DNA of 64,000 bases from Candidatus Woesebacteria bacterium. GTDB taxonomy: Bacteria; Patescibacteriota; Microgenomatia; UBA8517. Shown piece after piece: positions 18,433 through 26,877 of the stretch. The notes beneath the pieces were generated by a model. It saw only the letters and a list, made by a program, of their open reading frames with translations. It ran no database searches and was not told where the DNA came from. Positions within the stretch are counted from its first letter, which is position 1. The number at the start of each line of letters is the position of its first letter. The stretch lies in contig CP055307.1 in the NCBI GenBank assembly GCA_013374835.1, forward strand, positions 407,315-471,314. The letters run 5' to 3'. The position numbers and the translations under genes are program-made.

Positions 18433-19218
18433 ATGAACAATAAAAGTAATAGTATTAGTTTTAGATCAAAATATTTTTGGGTATTTTCACTAATAGCTTT
18501 TCTTCTTGTTTCGATATTTGTCGCCGCTTACATGGTTCAGAGGTCGCGAGAGACCAGAAAGTCCGCTGCTGCCGGTACGGCGAGTATAACTATCAGCCCT
18601 CAAAGCTCCAATCTTGGTTATGGCCAGAATAATACTTATACCGTAAAGGTTAATTCGTCAAATACAAGTGAGAAGATACTATTTATTAGACTGGATCTTA
18701 CTTTTGATAAAAATTTGGTGAATCTTGTAAGCCTTGAGCCTTTGGGCAGTTTTATAATTCCAGAAAGATCGAATGGTAATAAGCTTGTTTCCAGCGTAGA
18801 AGAGGCTAATACTAGCGGCGCTTTTTATATAGTTTTGACTATGCCTCAGGATAAATTAAGCCAGGCTCCGAGTGGATCTTTTGATGCTGCGAGATTTACG
18901 CTTAAGTCAGTAAAGAATGAAAGCGGCAGCACAAAGGTTAATTTTAATACAAATAATATGCAAGTTGTGAGTAATAATCAAAACGAGAATGATCGTGAAT
19001 TAAATATTCAAGTACAATCGGCAGATATTACCCTTCTTTCAACCGGTTCTACTGCTTCACCAAGCGGATCTGCTAGACCCTCTGTTTCACCTAGCGCATC
19101 ACCTACAGCTACTCCACTTCCTAGCGTTGATCCTAGGGCAGATATTGATCAAAATGGAGTGATAAATCTTCTTGATTACATCATACTTTTGGAAAATTTT
19201 GGTAGAAAAGTTCAGTGA
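18433..19218 (+). CDS. cohesin-like domain protein with an N-terminal TM, an ST-rich linker and a single divergent dockerin-like segment (adaptor-type)
   Basis: The cohesin-like core (ILFIRLDLTFDKNLVNLVSLEPLGSFII ... GAFYIVLTMP ... FDAARFTLKSVKNESGSTKVNF) follows the cohesin pattern (DFxxxYDPxVLE...G.fA.ik..vks..G.s.v.F). C-terminus DIDQNGVINLLDYIILLENFG. Confidence 0.55.
   Translation: MNNKSNSISFRSKYFWVFSLIAFLLVSIFVAAYMVQRSRETRKSAAAGTASITISPQSSNLGYGQNNTYTVKVNSSNTSEKILFIRLDLTFDKNLVNLVSLEPLGSFIIPERSNGNKLVSSVEEANTSGAFYIVLTMPQDKLSQAPSGSFDAARFTLKSVKNESGSTKVNFNTNNMQVVSNNQNENDRELNIQVQSADITLLSTGSTASPSGSARPSVSPSASPTATPLPSVDPRADIDQNGVINLLDYIILLENFGRKVQ
19141..19218 (+). repeat. single divergent dockerin-like segment
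   Basis: DIDQNGVINLLDYIIL: a Ca-loop-like D.D.NG.I...D followed by an aromatic/hydrophobic helix. Confidence 0.45.
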
Positions 19219-19265
19219 GATTGTTGCAAGGGACAATTTCTTGACGACATAAATTTAATTTATAT

Positions 19266-19883
19266 ATGGGTAAAATTAACAAAAATACAGTTCTAGCTCT
19301 TATAACTTTTGTTTTGGTTTTTCTTATTTTGATACTTTCTTATCTTCTTTTGTTGCTTAAGAATGAAGGGAGCTCCGATAATATTAGTGGAAGCAACAAT
19401 TATAAAAAACAGCCAGTTGATATTAATATCCAGGGTAAGTATCTGCCGGTACAGCTTAGCGTAAATAGCGATGAATGGATGCCGGGTGAGATAAATCAAC
19501 TTTATGTATATCTTGCAAACGGCGAAGATCCTCTTTATCCGGATGCTTTTACTTTAAATATTAAATATGATCCTGAGATGGTTAAGCTTGTTAGGATAAA
19601 TAAAGGATATTTGTGGTCTGGTGTAAATGTGATTGAGGAGACTATTGATGAAGATAGAGGAATGGTGGTTGTCAGCCATGGAGCTTCTTTTGATTCGGAG
19701 GTGGTTGGTGGTGTGCAGCTTGTGATTTTGGATTTTGAAGCGATTTCCGGAGCGAGCGGGGAAACGTCCGTAAGCATTGAGAGTGGATCTGAAGCCGGCA
19801 AGGTTGGCTTAGATTATCTTTATCCGATAATTTCGGAGCCTGTGTTTTTTAGCATATCTGAAAATACTGCCCATGAAGACTAA
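19266..19883 (+). CDS. membrane-anchored cohesin-like domain protein
   Basis: N-terminal TM. FTLNIKYDPEMVKLVRINKGYLW ... GVQLVILDFEAISGASGETSVSIESG, which matches cohesin type I DFTLKYDPSVLEIV...GVFAKIKFKVKS..SGTSPVTF. Confidence 0.6.
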   Translation: MGKINKNTVLALITFVLVFLILILSYLLLLLKNEGSSDNISGSNNYKKQPVDINIQGKYLPVQLSVNSDEWMPGEINQLYVYLANGEDPLYPDAFTLNIKYDPEMVKLVRINKGYLWSGVNVIEETIDEDRGMVVVSHGASFDSEVVGGVQLVILDFEAISGASGETSVSIESGSEAGKVGLDYLYPIISEPVFFSISENTAHED

Positions 19884-20646
19884 ATATGCAGTTGCTTTAA
19901 TATCGATTTTAATTCTTGTTGGGGGGATAGTTTTAGGAGCGGTTTTGATAAGAAGCCAGGTGGGTAAAAGGGGAAAGGCGGCTCCTTCTACTTCGTTATC
20001 CATAACAGGCCCTTTGCAGACGATTTATCAGGGGCAGGAGTTTACTTCTACGATTAATATCGCAACGGGAGAAAACTATGTAGCAGGAACCGAGCTTTTA
20101 ATAAGATTTGATCCTAGTGTTCTTGAGGTTATATCAATAACGCCATCAAGTTTTTTGGTGCCTGCGGACACTGTAGGACCTGTTATTGACAACCAGGCGG
20201 GGACAGTTTACTTTGTAATACTTCTTCCACCAGGGGTTGAACCAAAGCAAGGAAGTGGTGAGCTTGCGAGTATGAAGATAAAGGCAAAGTCTCCTGGTAC
20301 GAGCCAGCTTTCGTTTGATAGCGGGGGGACTTTGGCTGTTGCCCTTCATGAGGGAGGGCAGAATGTGATACAAAATCTGTCTCCTACTACTATTACGGTT
20401 GCCAGTAGCACCGGTGGCGGAGATACGAAACCGTCGCCTTCACCTACTCCTGAACCTACGGATACTCCTACACCTAGTCCAACTGCAAGTCCTACTTCGG
20501 CTTTGTCTTCGAGTGCGAGTCCTACCTCTTCTCCTACCATCCCTCCAATATCGGAGATCCCAGATACAGGCGTTTCTTTGCCTACGATTGTAGGTTTTGG
20601 AGTGGGACTTATGCTTATTGTCGGATCTTTTGTTTTGTTTTATTAA
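19873..20646 (+). CDS. cohesin-like domain protein with a PT-rich linker and a C-terminal IPDTG + hydrophobic sorting-signal-like anchor (anchoring scaffoldin-like)
   Basis: N-terminal TM. ELLIRFDPSVLEVISITPSSFL ... GELASMKIKAKSPGTSQLSF (cohesin pattern). Then the linker TKPSPSPTPEPTDTPTPSPTASPTS, IPDTG and a TM with no basic tail. Confidence 0.6.
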   Translation: MKTKYAVALISILILVGGIVLGAVLIRSQVGKRGKAAPSTSLSITGPLQTIYQGQEFTSTINIATGENYVAGTELLIRFDPSVLEVISITPSSFLVPADTVGPVIDNQAGTVYFVILLPPGVEPKQGSGELASMKIKAKSPGTSQLSFDSGGTLAVALHEGGQNVIQNLSPTTITVASSTGGGDTKPSPSPTPEPTDTPTPSPTASPTSALSSSASPTSSPTIPPISEIPDTGVSLPTIVGFGVGLMLIVGSFVLFY

Positions 20647-20658
20647 AATGCGAATTGG

Positions 20659-20877
20659 ATGTTAAGAAATAAAGTAATTATTGTACAAAGTATATTAATT
20701 TTGCTTCTTCTAATTGTTGGTTGGTTTTTTTGGGGACGAGTACAAAAAGCCAATATAGCTTTAAAGGATGTCCAAAAGCTGGAGGATGAGAAGCAGAGAT
20801 GTTCTGATTTTTTGAGCGAAGGGAGCGGAGAATTCGGGGAATTTCAGTATTGCAACAGGCTTCTTCAAAATTTTTAA
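20659..20877 (+). CDS. small membrane protein, hypothetical
   Basis: 72 aa with one N-terminal TM helix. Confidence 0.35.
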   Translation: MLRNKVIIVQSILILLLLIVGWFFWGRVQKANIALKDVQKLEDEKQRCSDFLSEGSGEFGEFQYCNRLLQNF

Positions 20878-20895
20878 GATACTGTATTTTTTTAT

Positions 20896-21522
20896 TTAGA
20901 AAAGGGCTGTCTGTTGAGTTGTTTCTCCCTCGTCTGGATAGCTGAAATCAACATTGATTTGACGTGGTGTGTTCCATTTATCTTTGAAATGAAGAGTATT
21001 CTTTTTTAAGCCAAAGTCGTATATTTCTTTTGTAATGATTACATCCATTTCACAGTATTTTTGAAGTTTTTTAAGGCTTTTGGGATCTCCTTTTTTCCAG
21101 TAGAGAACTGCGTTTGTGCCTATATCGTTTTTTCCTTTTTTTAGTGTTTCTTTGGCTATATCGTCAAGCCTTATCCTTTTGCCGAATGATTCTTTAATCT
21201 TTTCGAGGATGTCGAAATGATTGAACTTAAGAAGCGGTATTTTGGTATAAGGTTGAAGGACGGCGATGTCAAATTTTATACTGTTAAATCCTATTATTCT
21301 GTCTGCTGTTTGGAATATTGGCCATATCTGATCAAGAGAATCGTGCCAGAAACTAACAAGCCTTCCTTCTAGCTCGTTGTAGTTGCTGTCAATAATTCTT
21401 TCGTATATTGATACAATTGAAACTCCGAGAAGCGAGGGGTTTTCCTCTTTAACTTCGTTAAAAAGTTTTTGGGTTTCCAGATCGAATATAACTTCCTTTT
21501 TCGTTATCATGTAAATAATCAT
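20896..21522 (-). CDS. RNase H-like 3'-5' exonuclease (PolB-exonuclease-like, COG3298 type)
   Basis: FDLETQ (Exo I), IGFNSIKFDIAVL (Exo II) and YCEMDVIITKEIY (Exo III YxxxD). Confidence 0.65.
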   Translation of the reverse strand: MIIYMITKKEVIFDLETQKLFNEVKEENPSLLGVSIVSIYERIIDSNYNELEGRLVSFWHDSLDQIWPIFQTADRIIGFNSIKFDIAVLQPYTKIPLLKFNHFDILEKIKESFGKRIRLDDIAKETLKKGKNDIGTNAVLYWKKGDPKSLKKLQKYCEMDVIITKEIYDFGLKKNTLHFKDKWNTPRQINVDFSYPDEGETTQQTALF

Positions 21523-21552
21523 TATATTTATGAGGTTTGGTGTAAATCAAGT

Positions 21553-22191
21553 ATGTTTTATTTATTTATAGCAATTATTCTGGAGTTTAGTCTTATATAT
21601 TTTTTTTCCAAGAGAGCTTTTTATGGTTTTAGAAGGGTTTTTTTAAGATTATTCGGTGGGTTTATATCCGAGTATTTTGTTTATTTTTTTTATCTCCCTG
21701 GGGTTTTGGTGCATGAATTGGCTCATTATTTTTCCGCGAAGATATTGGGTGTGCGCGTAGGCAGGTTAAGAATTTTTCCTATTGGGTATGTGGAAATTGA
21801 AAAAAGAGATTTTTTGAGGATGTCTCTAGTAGCTTTGTCTCCTTTTTTGATTGGGGTCGGTTTTATTTTTTTGACAACGTATTTATTTATGGCTGAGAGT
21901 GTTTTTGAAAGCTTTTGGGGAAGATTTTTTTTTGTGTATATTATTTTTGTAATTTCGAATACAATGTTTCTTAGTAAATCGGATATAAAGAGTTCATGGT
22001 TATTGGTGGTTTTTGTCGTTGTCGCAAGCTTTATAATTTTAAAGATTTATGGATTTGAAGGCGGTTTGATTTACAGTGGATTTGTGATAGCATTTAAATA
22101 CTTATTAATAGTAATTATAATTAATTTAGCACTATTATTTTTATTATCGTGTGATATACTTTTATCATGGTTGCAAAGAAGCCTGAAATAG
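21553..22191 (+). CDS. membrane zinc metalloprotease (HExxH, M50-like)
   Basis: Multi-TM protein with HELAH inside a TM segment. The ORF-track start at 21469 overlaps the upstream minus-strand gene; the ATG at 21553 is preferred. Confidence 0.5.
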   Translation: MFYLFIAIILEFSLIYFFSKRAFYGFRRVFLRLFGGFISEYFVYFFYLPGVLVHELAHYFSAKILGVRVGRLRIFPIGYVEIEKRDFLRMSLVALSPFLIGVGFIFLTTYLFMAESVFESFWGRFFFVYIIFVISNTMFLSKSDIKSSWLLVVFVVVASFIILKIYGFEGGLIYSGFVIAFKYLLIVIIINLALLFLLSCDILLSWLQRSLK

Positions 22192-22805
22192 GCAAAACGA
22201 AGAAAAAAATAAACTTAAGCTTTTTAAAGAACAATAAAAAGTTTATTGTGATATTGGTGTTTCTTCTTCTTGCTTTTGGGGTATATTATTTTAAGAGTTT
22301 GTTTGTGGCGGCTACTGTCAACGGACTTCCGATTAGAAGATATAGTGTGATAAACCAGCTTGAAGATTTGTATGGACAGCAGGTTCTTGATTCTTTGATT
22401 ACAAAAGAGCTTATAAAACAGGAAGCGAGAAATAAGAATATAACGGTTAATGATTCAGAGCTTGATCAGGAGATTTCTAATATTGAAAAGCAGTTTTCGG
22501 CTAGCGGGCAGAGTTTGGATGATACATTGGCGCTTCAGAATATGTCCAGAGAAACTTTTAGGGAACAAATATTTTTACAGAAGTTAGTAGAAAAACTTCT
22601 TGGGGATAAAATTAATGTCGCGGATGAGGAAGTAGATAAATATATTGAGGAGAATAAAGAATTTTTCCCAGAGGGGAGCGATCCGGATGCGCTGAGGGAG
22701 GACGTATTTAACCAGCTTAAGCAGGATAAGTTGTCAACCGAGTTTCAGACTTGGATACAAGAAATTAGGCAGAATTCTAGTATCAACTACTTCGTAGAGT
22801 ATTAA
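22167..22805 (+). CDS. SurA N-terminal domain-like periplasmic/extracytoplasmic chaperone (no PPIase domain)
   Basis: N-terminal TM, then helical SurA_N-like region (LDSLITKELIKQEARNKNITVNDSELDQEI...). Confidence 0.5.
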   Translation: MVAKKPEIGKTKKKINLSFLKNNKKFIVILVFLLLAFGVYYFKSLFVAATVNGLPIRRYSVINQLEDLYGQQVLDSLITKELIKQEARNKNITVNDSELDQEISNIEKQFSASGQSLDDTLALQNMSRETFREQIFLQKLVEKLLGDKINVADEEVDKYIEENKEFFPEGSDPDALREDVFNQLKQDKLSTEFQTWIQEIRQNSSINYFVEY

Positions 22806-23846
22806 TTCGGGAAGAAGGGGTTTGTTTTTTATTTTCTTTATTGTTTCTGGTTTTTTGGGGTCTCCTTTTATTTTGGGTATTTTTATTATTTCATTGTAAA
22901 CCGGCTTATATGATCCATCGGGATTTTTCCAAGAAAATTGTTTAAAAGGATGGCTATTATAGTTTAATACGAAGGGTGTAACTGCTATTATTTGTTTATC
23001 CTGCCATGCTTTTTCAAATGCTTGTTTCAAGTAAGAGGGGTAGTCTGCTTTGCTACAACCCCAGCCTGTTTCCGTGATAAATATGGGTATATCTTGGGGA
23101 AGATTGAAGTTTTTGAGAAAATTAAGCTCCCAGAGGAATCCTCTTACGCTATTTTTGCCTGAATCGTTGGGAGATCCGCAGAAATCGGGATTGGGATAGG
23201 AATGGGATGTCCAGCCGTCGAATATTGTAAATATTAAGTTATCGAATTCATACATGGCGCGAAAATAGTTTTCTACTTTCATTGTTTCATTTGAATCGGG
23301 AGCCGACAAATCAAATCCTGCAGGCAGAACAAAAAAATCGTCTGACTCTTTTTTGAATTCTTCCCAGTAAATACGGGATATTTTTGCATATTCTTCAGGT
23401 GAAATTTCATTGCCCCATTCTTTTTTATGATTGGGTTCGTTAAAGAGAATAACGTACTTATTTTTAGTTGGCCATGGTAGTTTATTTAAAAAGTTTGCCC
23501 ATTTTTTCGATTCTTCGGCTTTTGGTTTTTCCCAGTTTCCTGATTGGTTTATGGTGGTTGCGATCCTTACAAGGGGAATGAGTTTGAGATTGTTGATTTT
23601 ATTAAACACTTGTTGCCATCTTTTAAGATCTCTTTCATCCTCCCTTATCACCATGGTTACATAGCCCCACTCTCCACCTTTGCTGTTTACTAAATTTGCG
23701 GCGTCTTCAAGATCGTTTTCATCTATAATGTGAATTCCAAATTTATTGTTTGGCCTTTCTGCAGGATTTTCGATGGCGTGAGTAATACTTGGTTTCACAA
23801 AAAGAAAAACCAGTGTAAGACTAAAAAAACACAGTCTTTTGATCAT
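22734..23846 (-). CDS. secreted clan GH-A (TIM-barrel) glycoside hydrolase
   Basis: Signal peptide. NEP acid/base motif (ILFNEPNH) and TETGW nucleophile motif (IFITETGWG), spaced as in GH5/GH39-type enzymes. Confidence 0.55.
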   Translation of the reverse strand: MIKRLCFFSLTLVFLFVKPSITHAIENPAERPNNKFGIHIIDENDLEDAANLVNSKGGEWGYVTMVIREDERDLKRWQQVFNKINNLKLIPLVRIATTINQSGNWEKPKAEESKKWANFLNKLPWPTKNKYVILFNEPNHKKEWGNEISPEEYAKISRIYWEEFKKESDDFFVLPAGFDLSAPDSNETMKVENYFRAMYEFDNLIFTIFDGWTSHSYPNPDFCGSPNDSGKNSVRGFLWELNFLKNFNLPQDIPIFITETGWGCSKADYPSYLKQAFEKAWQDKQIIAVTPFVLNYNSHPFKQFSWKNPDGSYKPVYNEIIKIPKIKGDPKKPETIKKIKNKPLLPELILYEVVDTRILPNFLYPSLKLG

Positions 23847-23870
23847 GGCTTATATTATATAATATGAAAG

Positions 23871-24557
23871 TTGATGTTTCTTTTGATTGATAAACCAAGG
23901 GGGGTTACGAGCCATGATGTAGTAACGCAGATAAGGCGGATAACAGGCGAGAAAAAGATCGGCCATGGAGGCACTCTTGACCCAAATGCCACGGGACTTT
24001 TAATTATTGGCATAGGCAGAGAATCTACTAAAAAACTTTCCGAGTTTTCGGATAATTCTGATAAGAAATACAAGGCTAATATTATCTTAGGAGAGGAGAG
24101 GGATACTGATGATGCCGAGGGAACAAAAATAACAAAGCCCAAACCCCAAACATCAAACAACACTAAGATTACAATTTCAAAAATTAAAAATGTTTTAGCA
24201 TCATTTTTGGGTGAGCAAGAGCAGGTGCCGCCTATTTATTCCGCAATTAAGGTTAAGGGAAAGAAAGCATATGAATTAGCAAGAAAGGGTGAAAAGTTTG
24301 AGCTTAAACCAAGAAAAGTAAACATTTATGACATTAGACTTATTAGATATGAATATCCTTATTTAGAGATTTTTGTCAGAGTTTCCAGTGGAACTTATAT
24401 AAGGGCACTTGCTCGAGATATAGGAAGAAAGCTTAAAGTGGGGGCTTATTTGTTTTCGCTTCGAAGAATCGGAATTTCAAACTTCAGCGTTGACATGGCT
24501 GTTGATTTAAACAGTTTAAATGAGCATAATTGGAGAGATTATCTTATATCATTATGA
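23871..24557 (+). CDS. truB: tRNA pseudouridine(55) synthase
   Basis: IDKPRGVTSHDVV and GHGGTLDP catalytic Asp motif. Contains a charged insertion (DTDDAEGTKITKPKPQTSNNTK). Confidence 0.9.
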   Translation: MMFLLIDKPRGVTSHDVVTQIRRITGEKKIGHGGTLDPNATGLLIIGIGRESTKKLSEFSDNSDKKYKANIILGEERDTDDAEGTKITKPKPQTSNNTKITISKIKNVLASFLGEQEQVPPIYSAIKVKGKKAYELARKGEKFELKPRKVNIYDIRLIRYEYPYLEIFVRVSSGTYIRALARDIGRKLKVGAYLFSLRRIGISNFSVDMAVDLNSLNEHNWRDYLISL

Positions 24558-25294
24558 AAATATTAAGTGCGGCATTATTGGGAGTGCTTCAGGGTTTTAG
24601 CGAATTTTTGCCGATTTCTTCATCGGGGCATCTTGTTATTGCGCAGTCTTTGATTGAGGGTTTCGAGCAACCGGGAGTACTTTTTGATGTTTTTCTTCAT
24701 TTGGCTACTTCTTTTGCTATTATTATTTATTTTAGAAATAAGATAAGAAATATTGATTTCAAGTATTTGGTGTTAATTGTTGTTGGCAGTTTGCCTGCAT
24801 TTATATTTGGATTTTTGTTTAGAGATAATTTGATAGGTTTATTTAAAAGCGTGAGAGTGGTGGGAGTAGGATTAATTGTTACGTCTATATTAAACTTTTC
24901 TACAGACAGGTTTTATTCTAAAAGGACATTAATAGGCAGGATAGACGCATTTATAATAGGATTTTTCCAAGCTTTTGCAATAATACCAGGAGTTTCAAGA
25001 TCCGGATCGACGATATTTGCCGGCACTTATCTTGGAATTGAGAGAGAAAAATCTGCATATTTTTCTTTTCTTCTTTCGATACCCGCAATTTTTGGAGCAA
25101 GTGTTTATGAGCTTATTTCCTATACAGGCAGTTTTGATGGTTTAAGTAGTTTTTATTTTGTCGGTTTTTTGGCAGCTTTTTTGTCATCTTTGGTTGCAAT
25201 AAATTTTGTTTTGAGGTTTCTTAATATGAAGCTGTTTAAAATTTTTTCATTGTATACTTTTATACTTGGGTTGCTTGCGATTTTTGTGTTTTAG
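24554..25294 (+). CDS. uppP: undecaprenyl-diphosphatase
   Basis: GVLQGFSEFLPISSSGHL and multi-TM. The start at MKIL overlaps the truB stop. Confidence 0.85.
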   Translation: MKILSAALLGVLQGFSEFLPISSSGHLVIAQSLIEGFEQPGVLFDVFLHLATSFAIIIYFRNKIRNIDFKYLVLIVVGSLPAFIFGFLFRDNLIGLFKSVRVVGVGLIVTSILNFSTDRFYSKRTLIGRIDAFIIGFFQAFAIIPGVSRSGSTIFAGTYLGIEREKSAYFSFLLSIPAIFGASVYELISYTGSFDGLSSFYFVGFLAAFLSSLVAINFVLRFLNMKLFKIFSLYTFILGLLAIFVF

Positions 25295-25650
25295 AGCGGG
25301 AGTTTGGTTGCAAAAAGAGCAATGCCTACAATAATTGAGAGTGCGGCGGCGATAAGAACTGCTGCTGCTGAGACGTCTTTTGCGATTTTTGCTTTTGGTT
25401 TTATCTCCGGGCTAACCATATCTACTATGGCTTCGAGAGAGGTGTTAAAAAGTTCAAGAATGAGAACAAAGGCTATGGTAAAGGTAAGAAGTAACCATTC
25501 AAAAGTGTTAAAGCCGGATAGCCATGCGGCGATAATCATGATTATTCCGATAATTGTATGTATTTGAAAATTCGGCTCGTTTTTTAGCGCTTCTTTGAAT
25601 CCTTGTGATGCAAATCCAAAGCTTTTATAAAGTGATCTTGTTTTACTCAT
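25291..25650 (-). CDS. dgkA: diacylglycerol kinase (prokaryotic DgkA family)
   Basis: Three TMs; ELFNTSLEAIVD motif. Confidence 0.8.
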   Translation of the reverse strand: MSKTRSLYKSFGFASQGFKEALKNEPNFQIHTIIGIIMIIAAWLSGFNTFEWLLLTFTIAFVLILELFNTSLEAIVDMVSPEIKPKAKIAKDVSAAAVLIAAALSIIVGIALFATKLPL

Positions 25651-25703
25651 TGTCTCAGTATAATCTTTTTGTTTTGGGTTTGAAAGATTTATGTTAGGAT
25701 TAA

Positions 25704-26390
25704 TTGATGATAATAAAGCTAAATAAAAAGTTTACCTTTTTGTTTTTGGCGCCTTTAATGCTTTTGTTTGCTTTTGGGGTGGTAATAAGAAGTTTGGGAT
25801 TAACGACTCCTAATGTAGCCTCGATAGTTTATGATTATAATGGGGCAATTGCCGAGGATGAGACAAAAGGTCTTTATCATGGGGATTTTTATCAGATACC
25901 CGATGAATTGTTGGTTTATGAGGAATGGGAAAGTGTGCTTGGAATTGCCAATCCGTCAAGTAAATGGATTGAGGTGGATTTGTCCGATCAAAAGTTAAAA
26001 GCTTGGGATGGGAATGTGCTTTTTCTTGAGAGTGCTGTTTCTACAGGGCTTCCTTGGTGGCCTACACCTACGGGGGAGTTTAGAATATGGGTGAAGCTTA
26101 GGGCTACTAAGATGGAGGGTGGGCAAGGAAGATATTATTATAATTTGCCTAATGTTCCTTATGTAATGTTTTTTGAAAATGAGAATGTCCCTGGCTGGAG
26201 AGGATATGGTCTTCATGGAACTTATTGGCACAATGATTTTGGAACGCCGAGAAGCCATGGTTGTGTGAATTTGCCGACAAATGTTGCCCGAGAGCTTTAT
26301 TATTGGGCATTTCCCGAGCTTCCTTCGGGAAAAACATCTGTTTTTTCAAGCCCCGGCAATCCGGGTACTCGCGTAGTGATACATGATTGA
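25704..26390 (+). CDS. L,D-transpeptidase (YkuD family)
   Basis: HGT...SHGCVNL catalytic His/Cys motif; N-terminal TM. Confidence 0.85.
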   Translation: MMIIKLNKKFTFLFLAPLMLLFAFGVVIRSLGLTTPNVASIVYDYNGAIAEDETKGLYHGDFYQIPDELLVYEEWESVLGIANPSSKWIEVDLSDQKLKAWDGNVLFLESAVSTGLPWWPTPTGEFRIWVKLRATKMEGGQGRYYYNLPNVPYVMFFENENVPGWRGYGLHGTYWHNDFGTPRSHGCVNLPTNVARELYYWAFPELPSGKTSVFSSPGNPGTRVVIHD

Positions 26391-26832
26391 AAATTTTTTA
26401 ATCAATTTTTTTAATACTTACGGCGCTTTTTTGGTAATTATTTTTGCTTTTTTTTACTTAATAATGGCTGATGGAAGCCGGCTTGTTATTTTTTTCATTG
26501 CAATGGCAGCTACCGTATTTTTTACCTCATTGATAAAAGAGCTTTTTTTATTGCCGAGACCGTTTTTTTTGAATGGAAACTTTCCATCTGCTGGTTTGAA
26601 CTCGTTTTCAGGGTTCCCTTCACTTCATACTTCCATAAGTTTTTCGGCTTCGACTTTTGTATTTTTTGTTAATCAGAAGTTTGGTATAATAAGTTTTCTT
26701 GTATCTTTAATTTTTGGTATAGGCAGGATTTATTCTAATGTCCATTATCCGATTGATATATTAATAGGTGCTTTTTTGGGAATATTTGTAGCTTTGTTTT
26801 TTGAAAACATCAGGATTAAAAAAAGAACTTGA
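26383..26832 (+). CDS. PAP2 superfamily phosphatase (membrane)
   Basis: PSLH and RIYSNVHYPID motifs (PAP2 motifs 2 and 3). Confidence 0.75.
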   Translation: MIENFLINFFNTYGAFLVIIFAFFYLIMADGSRLVIFFIAMAATVFFTSLIKELFLLPRPFFLNGNFPSAGLNSFSGFPSLHTSISFSASTFVFFVNQKFGIISFLVSLIFGIGRIYSNVHYPIDILIGAFLGIFVALFFENIRIKKRT

Positions 26833-26877
26833 CATGTAGCACTCATTATATTAGACTGCTAACATTGAATTAAGATT

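Noticed and set aside
19233-19268. TTGAC-N18-TATATG directly abutting the ATG of the cohesin gene at 19266 (possible leaderless mRNA)
   Set aside because: The -10 would overlap the start codon, so transcription would initiate inside the ORF. There is no alternative downstream start, so the promoter match is probably coincidental.
21469-21552. The ORF-track 5' extension of the metalloprotease gene, and similar upstream extensions at 17004, 24530, 34733, 42382, 48489 and 51741
   Set aside because: The extensions overlap the upstream or opposite-strand gene and lack signal/TM logic. Internal ATGs give starts consistent with homolog N-termini or signal peptides.
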